From Catajapyx aquilonaris (lineage: Eukaryota), in contig JYFJ02004143.1 of assembly GCA_000934665.2 (NCBI GenBank), positions 1 through 34,443 on the forward strand: 34,443 nt of DNA. Direction: 5' to 3'. The first letter of the stretch is position 1. Every line of letters begins with the position of its first letter. The notes below the pieces were generated by a model. The model did not search any database and had not been told where the DNA came from. It worked only from the letters and a program-made list of their open reading frames with translations. Shown one piece after another: positions 12,565 to 22,252 of this stretch. The translations under genes were made by a program, and so were the position numbers.

Positions 12565-13841
12565 ATGCCGCTGCCAGCTGCGTTGGCTGCCCGTCTGGCC
12601 AAGAGGGGGCTCCTCAGATCACAAGGGGAAGGTGGTAAATGACATGTGAAAGATGCACTTTGATGAGAACTGGAGAAAAGTAATGTGAGTGAATAGCACT
12701 GGAGCTAAAATTGCCATTTTTCTCTGCTCATTTCCTCAGCACCGGTGGAAGAGGTGATAGCAGAGGACTACGATGACGATGGACCGAAGACCACCGCGGT
12801 TGTCCACCAGCCGCCTCCACCGCCGCCGCCGTCTTTGGCCTACCCACAACTGTCATCCATTGTTGCACCGAAGGAGCCGGATGAGGACATGGAGACCAGG
12901 TTCCATGGCGTGATGGGATGCCCCAATAAGTGGAATGTATACCACGATTGCAGCTCCTACTGCAGAGAGAGATGGGGGAAGATCAGGTCCCTCGGAGGTG
13001 ATCATATGTACGAAAAGAAGAGGATGAAGATGCAAAAGAATTATCCGATGCCTGACAACTGGAAGGATGTGTTTGATCCGGGAACGTGAGTTGCACGGCG
13101 TAGTAATTGCTGAACGTACCTTACAAGTTGTGTTGCATTGCAGCGGTCGTTACTATTATTGGAACATGGACGATGACCTGGTGTCATGGCTGCCTCCTAG
13201 CCACCCTAAGGCAATTATATCAGAGTGTGCAGCCAAACTGAGGGAGGCCCTCCACATGAAGAGGGCTGAGGACCCTCACCTTATGGAAGACAAAGCAATG
13301 CCTCCGCCTCCTATGGAGACTGGAAGTGATGTGTGTACCTGCAGACACTGATTTGTACCATCTGACCAAATCATTTAAATTTTCATAATAATTTTCAGGA
13401 TAGCGACGAGGAGGACTTGAGACGTAAGCGAAGGTCATCCCCTCCCAGGCGGCCTCCACCTCCAAGACAAGACTATTCAAAGAGAGAGCGAGAAAGAAAG
13501 GGTCGTCCAAAGGTCAAGGATAATGACATTGACCCAATGGATCCTGCTGCATATTCAGATGCCCCAAGGTACAACATTTGAATGTTGTTTGATAAAATAT
13601 TAGTCTTAGAATAGTACAGATGTCAGTGTTTTCATGCAAGTGTGTGTAGTCCATGTTGACACCATGCTTTATGATCATTTTTTGCAGGGGAACTTGGTCG
13701 TCTGGCCTTGGAAAGAAAAATGAAGCCAAGACCGGTGCAGATGTGACAGCCTCCGGCCCGCTGTACCAAATGCGCCCTTACCCAAGCCCAGGAGCAGTGC
13801 TAAGAGCGAATGCTGAAGCAGCCAAGAAAAAAGTCTTATAA
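12565..13841 (+). CDS. PQBP1: Polyglutamine-binding protein 1 (WW domain splicing factor), 5 exons, about 308 aa
   Basis: Exons 12565-12634, 12740-13085, 13144-13330, 13399-13568, 13688-13841 (927 nt). [15 protein letters not shown] start, [11 protein letters not shown] domain ([22 protein letters not shown]), [20 protein letters not shown] and C-terminal YPSPGAVL (YxxPxxVL). Confidence 0.95.
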
Positions 13842-14250
13842 TTTGAGCGAAAAGACGTAGCTAATTACTTTTGTTTTTGTATTCAAAGCGTGTAGTGAAA
13901 ACTAAATTAAAATGAATAATCAACACGTGTCTCATTAACATATGTAGTTCTAATGTACAGCACAATATGCAAGACTTTTATTTGGGCAAGATTTGGAAGT
14001 TCAAACAGGGATTATTATGTACTTTATTAAGAAAATTAGTCCTCTTTGGTTCAAATCGTGGTTCAAATGACAGGAAAGTATTTCCTGAAGCGACGTACAC
14101 AGATGGCGTTCATGAAGTAGACGATGCTGCCACCTACCAGCAACTTTCATAATCAGCTAAACGATTGAATAGTTTGCTTCTGCGCCGATAGTATAGTCGC
14201 GATTTCACATTTTTTCGCAGCACGTGGAGCGAAAAGGTGTGGAGGAAAAA

Positions 14251-17200
14251 ATGTCTAAGAAGCCCAGCTTGTCTGAAAAGCTGGCCGAATTGGCCAGTAC
14301 AGCACCAGTATTTACCGCACCAGACGAAGATGATGTGCATCCAGGTACCACGTTCTATGCAATTCACCAAACATTGATTTACTTGGGCGTGTGTAATGAC
14401 CAAAAAATGCAACTGAGACCGCACTTGTAATTACATTTACAAATTGACTTTCAGAGACGAGGGCCAAGGTGGCTGATTGGGAAGAGGAGGGGGATTCGTT
14501 GGATGAGGCACAGTCTGCAGGTCGGAGCCAGCTTCGAGCAAGGGCGGAAGGCTTGCTGCAGGATGTGGACAAGCGCTACTCTGGAAAGTGCGTTTCCAGG
14601 AAGGAACTGCTTAAGCAGCAAGGGGAACTGATGAGCGACGAGGATGAGGACTCTGGACCAGAAGATGACCAGGAAATGGGAGGTGAAAGCGGCGATACCT
14701 CGGATGAGAGCCAAGCTGGGAGCGATGGGTGAGGAAACAAAATTGCTCAGGTCATACGAACTAAAGCCATGTTTACATGTGAGCGATTTGATGAGCGAGG
14801 ACACCACTGAGCGAAAGTAACAATTGTGGTAACAATATATTTTCGCCCCAAACAATTGGTCTCATTGCTGCGACATCGCTGATGGAATCTCTCACATGTA
14901 AATGCGGCTTAATAGAGTTCAACCTGCCTGTACAGTGTTGATCATGAATCGAGGCATGTTGCTAGCGACATTTTCAAAAGTGGCAGAAGAAGGAATCGAA
15001 GATAAGCATAAGCATACTACAGGCCGGGCGAGCAAGAGTCCTTCTTCTGCCGGTTCCGAAAATGTCGCTGGCAGTATGCCTCGATTTATCACCAACACTG
15101 TACCAGACTGACTTCCTATTATTAACTTGTAATGGTCAAAATTGCAATAATTAAGAGTGCATGTCTGGGGCTGATCTGTATTGCTATGATAGCACTGAAA
15201 AGAAAGTCAAGATGCATTGCGTCAATCTTTTATTTTCCAATGGTGATGCTGCCATTGCAACTGACTTGTAAGAAAGGATTCGCTGTTGGCAACCATATTT
15301 ATTTACACAAGCTGACAGTTTAATATTACAGGTAGCCCTTGTTTTACAACTGTGAGTCTTTGCTCTCATGTATGGCAGTCTCAACCGAAAAATCTTTACA
15401 GAAATACAATTGTTGCCTGTTAGCATGCTGTTACTTGAGATTTAAGAAAGGTTAGATCTTCTGGACATCATGAATGTTGAATCTGCATGCCTTGGCAGCA
15501 CTGGAATGTATCTGCCGTCTCTCTTAAAGAGAGGATCTTGTGCACTGGAAAACCTGGAGTTAACTCCTGACTGCTGCTCATTTGTGCCTCCGCAACCGCA
15601 TACAGAGAAAAACCCTCGCCACAAATTGGTTGAGGTCCGTTCCCTCAGTACATGGAATGCAAAGATCAGGAAACCTTGCAAAGTGTTGAACACACAGAAC
15701 AAATAGGTAAAGAGTATTCGGGCACCACCAATTGCAAAAGCACCAAAGAGCCATGTTAGCCCAAGAAGCACAAAAACACAGACAGCCATACGTAACTGGG
15801 TCACCGCAAGTCGGTATTGTTGCTGGTTGCATCGCAGGTTCGCTCTTTGGCAAAAGATGCCGTGAATTATCATTCCGAAAATTGCAGTGTTCACAGCCAA
15901 TATGGCAAAGAGTGGTATTAAAAATGCATAAAGGAAGGCATCAGGTGACATCCAACAGTATGACTGACCTGATGTGTATTGTGATGGGTCAGTAGCTAGC
16001 ACGGCTATCACAGGCACAAATGGGCAACCCCAGGCACTTAACCCAGCTTTCCACATGAAGCGTGGAATGTACGTACCAATAACTTTAACAAAGCGGAGGT
16101 ACTGATGTGTTGCTTCGACAAACATCCAACAAAATGTTGCAAGGATGAAGTAGTGTAAGGTTGCTGCAACTGTACCGCAGAGAATAGGGTTCCAAGTCTG
16201 GTGTATGCCAGCAAGAAAAATTACATACACAGAAAACAGAGCAAATGACAAGTTCACAATGATGCGGTTGCCCAAGGGTTTACGCCATCTAGGAAATAAC
16301 ATAAACGTAGTGAACACTAAGCACAGGCCAAGTATTGAAATGCTGCATCCAATTATAGTTATCAGGTCCAGTACAAAGCGATGTGATGGATCAATTGCAG
16401 ATTCACCATCTTCACCGTAATAGCTGATTAATTCGGCAAATGACGTCAGATGATTACACAAGCACACATCCTTTCCATCTTCATGACCAGCATACTGGCA
16501 ACCATCTTGTGACCATTCACCATTCCCACCGTTTGCTTCAAAGTCCCAGAATACACAAGTTGGATCTTCATCAACTGCTAGTCTCGGCTTGAACAGGATC
16601 TTGATCGCAGGGGTAACATCCCTAATAGCTCTGTCTCGTATGCTTGCTTGTACCACTGGTGCATTAACAACCATGCCACTACGATTACGGACAGTGTCAA
16701 ACAGAGTAGATTCGTTGTACACCACAAAAGAGATTCGAACAGTGCCTGCTGTTATGTTATCAACCAAGGTTTCAGGCAGGATTAAAGCAGCAGTTGTGTC
16801 AGGGTGTAAGTTAATGTTATCCCGATAGAGTGTGTTAATCCTGATCACCTCACCCTCAGGATTTGAGCTGAAGCCAATTACTTCTGGTTTTTCAAGATCC
16901 CACACTTCATATGACACATGTTCTCGCTCACTTTTGTAGCTATTCCCATTAACATTGCCATCTTCTGGTACAGTTCCTGACAATGTGATTGCTTCAGCTG
17001 CACTGACAATTCGATTGGACGTGTTTAGCAATTCTTGTGATGTAACTAGTTTGTCATAATTTACTCTGACCAAATTGCGAACCAAAGAAAATGAATCGTC
17101 CATGTTAACATGTGATATTTGTTTTCCATCAGACATTGCCTCCAGCAGTCTAGTGGCATAATGAACGTCGATTGGATTGAGCTTCCCTGGGTCAGAAGTT

Positions 17201-20200
17201 AATTCTTTTGCCAACTCAACATTACCAGCCGATAAACCAACAGTAATACTGCTTGGGTCACCATCACATTGTCCATCATATTCCCATCCTGCCCCATGGT
17301 TTAAACTACCTCTGCATTTAAACAGTACCGGCTTGCCATCTGAATTCAAGCATGGCTGCTCAGGCACAGAGTAACGATCAACTGGAGTTTCTTGGAGGGT
17401 TACAGTTTTAGGAGGAACCCCAGCTATTGTTAAAGGCCCTCCAGGACATGTGATGGTGCTACGAATAGATAAGACCTCCGTGCTTCCAACAGTGGAGTTG
17501 ACAAGTTCTGACAGGGTTGTCCATACCATGCGCTCATTTGGTGTGTTACTGACTGGATCATAATCTATCTCTAATCTCAAGGTTGCAAGGAGCCCATTTG
17601 CATCCGAAGCTAAATTGGTTACTGTCATGGTAACATTCGCTTGCATTAGAGGCATAAGGAAATCAGATACATGCACACTTAAATTGTGCCCGTATGAAGG
17701 GACGCCAAATGTGAAGTCATGCTTTTCAGGGCGGTATACGTCAGATCTGTCAAGTACATGCACTAAAAATGTGTATGTATTTTTCTTTACATACAACACT
17801 GGTGCTGACTTGATGTATGTTAGACTTGAAGCACTAAATGCATCGCACTGGTAGTACCCTTGTTCACTTACATGCAAATGATCCAGACATGTACCACTGC
17901 ATTTGTAGAATAAGAATCCATCGTGAAAACACCTAAACATGTGCATATCAGGTGAAACAGTAACTGTTAACTCCCTGTCATCTAGTACAGTATGTATGTA
18001 TGACATGTAAGAAGGACGCTCTCTTTCACATATAACATTTGAAACAATGTCATCATTAAGTGAGACGAGTCCCATACGTGATATTCCATATTGTTTTGAC
18101 AAATCGAGTGAGGGATCCCATGCCATAGTTTCCGGTAGCAACAAGTCTCCTTGCATGTCATACATGGTTCCATTGTGATTAATAAGGTTGAGCCATGTTG
18201 TGGTGTTGAAATAACCTGAACTGCGAACGTGCAATGGGCTGGAATCATGTTTCCTGCATACATCATTAGCTTCCTTCCAAGTGACATTCTTGAATTCTTT
18301 GTAACACTTATTGTGTCGTGGAACAAGTGAATTTGAAGACCATCCTGGCTGACAGTCATAGGTCTCATTATTTGCATCGTTTACTTCCAGTACGCATGCA
18401 TAGTTGTACTTACTGTTACAGTCTGCTGCAAACAGTGTCCTATTGGGATTCATTGCAAGGCAATCATAATTTCTCTTAGGTTCGCCACTTTCCCAACTGG
18501 CATTAAACATGTCTGTTAGTGGATAATCTCCTGTGTTAATGTCAGTGTAAGTGATGCCAATGTACGTCAGTGGGCCTCCAGAAACTATGCGCTGGTATGG
18601 GAGCCAAACTGATGCATTTTTAAATGTCAAATCCATATCGAAAGGTGACACTTCCAGTCCAGAACTTACGCATGACTGGAATGCACCACTCCACGTGTCA
18701 GCAGTTATCACTTTTGCACAGGTGTTATTGTTATATTGCTGGTATCCATATGGGCATGCATGATGGAGATAGGCACGTCTATAAGTACATTCATGCGGAT
18801 CAAATTTACTCCACTTTGCAGATGGAAACCCCCACTTGCACTGCCTTGCTAAAACTTGATGTTTGTCAGTAACACACAAGGCATCACTAGGTACGACAGT
18901 CATACCATCTTCTGCTATAGGCCACTCGTATTCACCAGTTTCATTGCTGCACACAGTCAGGAAGTAGAATGCAGACGTATTCAAGTACTTGAGTGTTCCA
19001 AACACGTAATCAGACATGAAGCCAGACCAGACCCACTCCAAGAGTTGATTTTTGCAATCATTCACAGTCAAGTTAACATGCAGGTAGTACCAGTGGTTAA
19101 CAATAACACCCTGAGAGAATTCCCTGTAGTCTGAGTGACTAAAATCCCATTCCCCTGCTGTGGTTAGATTAATTCCCTTCCTCCGCATCTGACGGGTCAC
19201 TTTCTTTGGTACAATAGATGAAATGTCATTGTTTGTCAACACATGACTGGTCATTACAACTGCATTTAATATATTCTCCAACTCGACTAGTACTGCATTT
19301 GACCTAACTCTCTCAAGGCGGCCTGGAAACCATCCCTCACACCAATACCGCCCCTGGCGACTGTACAGTGTACCTGGTGTAGACATGCGGCGAGTAATAT
19401 CATTGTACGTTGTCGGCTGCAACACTGGTGCATGTTGTTGCATGTATACTCCATCCTTGACCCAACTGACCTGCCCTGGACCTGACAATTCACACCTCAA
19501 AGTTAAGTTGTGAAATTCAGACATGTCAAGTACAAGATGATCATCTGCAGGGGTCATTTGAGCTTGTGCATTTTCATAGGTCCTTGTGATTTTGATGTCC
19601 TCTGGCTGATACAAACATGCAAAAGGAAGCACCATGTTACACTCCTCGGTGTGAAGCAGTGGTGGTGACAATTCAAATTTAGGCGACATGAGCTTGACAC
19701 AGTCGCCACCATTCTTCAGGTTGGGTTCCTTTGGGTGCCAACTCCAGAGGTTTTCTCTCTTGTATTCTGCAATATACATTATTACAATGAAAAATTGATG
19801 GCCACTTACGATCAAAGAAGCATTAAAATGGTGTAGGTCACAGTAAAACAATCTGTATTGCAACCTGGACTCAGTTGAAACATGACCTGATTTACATTTA
19901 CATTGCATAATAGCACTTCTATGATGATGTATCAAAATTTATATATTTTTAAAAGCAAGATACAATATCTTAAGTGACATGATTTTGTCATTGTACGTTG
20001 GCAATCACATTTTTTAAACAATTGATTTGTTATAGAATTTTTTTCTCATACCTGCATTCCGTCCAACCCACTGGAAGAATCCATTGAGTTTCTTCATGGC
20101 AACCCACATGCAATCAGGATGCATGTTGGCGATTAAGTCATCCAGCACAGACTACAGAAAAATATGCATTAGTCATTCAGTCACATGCTGCAATTTATTC

Positions 20201-22180
20201 ATGTGTGATAACATGCACTTGCTTAATAATTATTATCAGAGAGTTGCAAGAGGGATTTAAGTTATCCCTAAGTATGGAGGTGGCTAAGTACCGTACCTTC
20301 TGTGTTAGGCCTGCATGCTTGTTATTGAAATTCTCAGGAAATAATATTCCTAAGTGCTACCCTTTAATTCGTCTTACTGACTACTCACTTGAGGTGCCGA
20401 CTCATCCAACAAGTATCCACCGTCCTTGCTGCACAAATTTGCAGCGTCTTTCCAGGTCACTTCAGTGGCATTGTAGTGATAAAATATCCCATTGCTATAC
20501 TTCATATGTGGTGGCACTGACACTTTTTGTGCACTGATGGTGACACAGATCACTAACAAGGCAAGGTATGCAGGTGCCATTATTGTGACTCACAAAGTTT
20601 AGGTGTCACCAAGTAATGTTGGCGTCCAAGAGTTGAGTGGTGTAGGACCATACAAAGAGAGCCTGCTTGGCTATCTTTTCCCAATCCAAACCTGCGCTAT
20701 AAGTGACCTCCGGGGATTCATAATCACCAGAAGTGCTTCCAGGAAGGCCAGGAAGTCACTTCCTGCCTTGTGGCTTTCTTACGTCTTAATAAAGATGTTG
20801 TTCAGATTGCTGCAGAGAAACTTATCTGCGTGGTTTTGTGTTCCGGCACTAATAAGCGTTGATCCTTTCAGGGAAGATGACATCAAAAGTGACGGAGAGA
20901 ATGAGAGTGCAGAAGAGGTTGAAGGCCATGAGGGAAGCGACAACAGTGAACAGGAAGAGGAGGGTGATGACACAGTACAGGTCATCACCGCCACAGATAT
21001 CTCAGCAGAAATTGAGAAGGGCAAGGCAACAAAATGCCAGCTAGGTAAGCTATTTTTATTCAAGTTGCTGCAAAAGGGTACTCACATCACAATGATAACA
21101 ATAACTTCCGACAATGTCAACAATGTAACTGATAATGAAAAGCTGATGACATCAATCCAAGCGTAACGTTGCAAACTTAGGCAAAATGCAAGATAAATTG
21201 GTCCGAGTCGTTAATTTTCTTCTCCAGGTGTGTGGGACAATCTTCTGGAGATGAGAATCAGTCTACAAAAAGTGCTGTCAGCGGCCAACCGTCTTCCTCA
21301 GCATGACACATTCCCAGCATTCCAAAAACAAGTTGGAGGTGAGTTCCAGTCAGCTGTCCAGAGTGGCCAGAGCTCTGTGAAGAACCTCCTGGATAAATTC
21401 CTGGAGTTGCAGCACCAGCTTCTAAGGCAGTATCCTGAGACAAAGAACCTGGGAACCAATGAAGCTAAAGAAGAATCTGAGTCTGATGAGGAGATTCCAA
21501 GTGACTCAGACGAGGAAGCTGAGAAAGAAATAAAGGATACTGATGCAGATAATGAGGCAGTGTCACCAAAGAAAATGATGAAATTAGAGGAGTATGAGTC
21601 ACATGTTGCCCAGGTCCACTCAGACCTAGCCCAATTCCGTGATTCCACCATACAAAAGTGGAATGACAAGACACGCGTTGCCTATGGGAAGACAAGTAGC
21701 AAAAATTTCAGTGCATTTGAGCAGTCAACACTTAAGCAAATATCACAGCTGCTTAGTGACAAGGAGAGGCTGATACGTCGGACACAACTGAAGCGTTCCG
21801 TTTACCGCGCTTTAGGACGGAAGGAGGCACCACCTGAAGGCGGCTCAGCAGCAAACGCCAGTGAATATGATCCTGAAGTGTTTGATGATGATGACTTTTA
21901 CCACCAACTATTGCGTGAACTCATAGAACGTGATGCCTCAGGTGAGTCTGATCCCACACAGCTAGGACGTAAGTTGCTGGAGCTTCAGAAGTTGCGCAGC
22001 AAATTACGGCGCAAGGTGGACACCAAAGCCAGCAAGGGAAGGAAAATACGCTATGACATCCACAACAAGCTTGTCAACTTCATGGCGCCTGTGACTGAAC
22101 GTGGCATGGCAGAGGCTGCAAAGAGTGAACTTTTCAACTCCTTGTTTGGCCAAGTAACAACTCAGAGCAATGACAAATGA
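14251..22180 (+). CDS. AATF: AATF / Che-1 / Bfr2 homolog, 4 exons, 497 aa
   Basis: Exons 14251-14344, 14455-14728, 20872-21044, 21228-22180 (1494 nt, phases 1/2/1 consistent). Motifs DKRYSGKCVSRK, EIEKGKA..QLGVWDNLLEMRISLQK, FDDDDFYHQLLRELIE and VDTKASKGRKIRY..KLVNFMAP. Confidence 0.93.
14933..15100. mobile_element. 168-bp palindromic Tc1/mariner-type MITE in AATF intron 2
   Basis: 62-bp inverted arms starting CAGTGTTG and ending GGCAGAAGAAGGA (52/62 identical by hand count). Flanked by TA at 14931-14932 and 15101-15102. Confidence 0.85.
15442..20580 (-). CDS. Adhesion GPCR with C-type lectin, Ig-like, HRM-like, GAIN/GPS and 7TM domains, 3 exons, 1538 aa; nested in AATF intron 2
   Basis: Exons 20580-20389 (signal peptide MAPAYLALLVICVTISA), 20151-20052 and 19766-15442 (4617 nt in frame). 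GPS motif CVFWD..GEWSQDGC..CLCNHL/TSFAEL, followed by a class B2-type 7TM (LHYFILATFCWMFVEA, WGCP, YCW, LLGLTW, NTLQGFLIF). The first 56 residues of the 1497-aa ORF call are intronic. Confidence 0.92.
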
Positions 22181-22252
22181 AAAAATTGTATTTCCAATAA
22201 TGTTACATGTTAATAAATTGTTTTGATGTCAAAAGGAGATTTCTTGGGAGTT

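Noticed and set aside
19767..19935. N-terminal 56 aa of the 1497-aa ORF as the true protein start
   Set aside because: It has no signal peptide and a non-ATG start. An acceptor at 19767 joins two upstream exons that supply a signal peptide and the first half of the lectin domain.
20603..20871. 5' part of the 187-aa plus-strand ORF as a separate gene
   Set aside because: It is intronic read-through. Only 20872-21044 is AATF exon 3.
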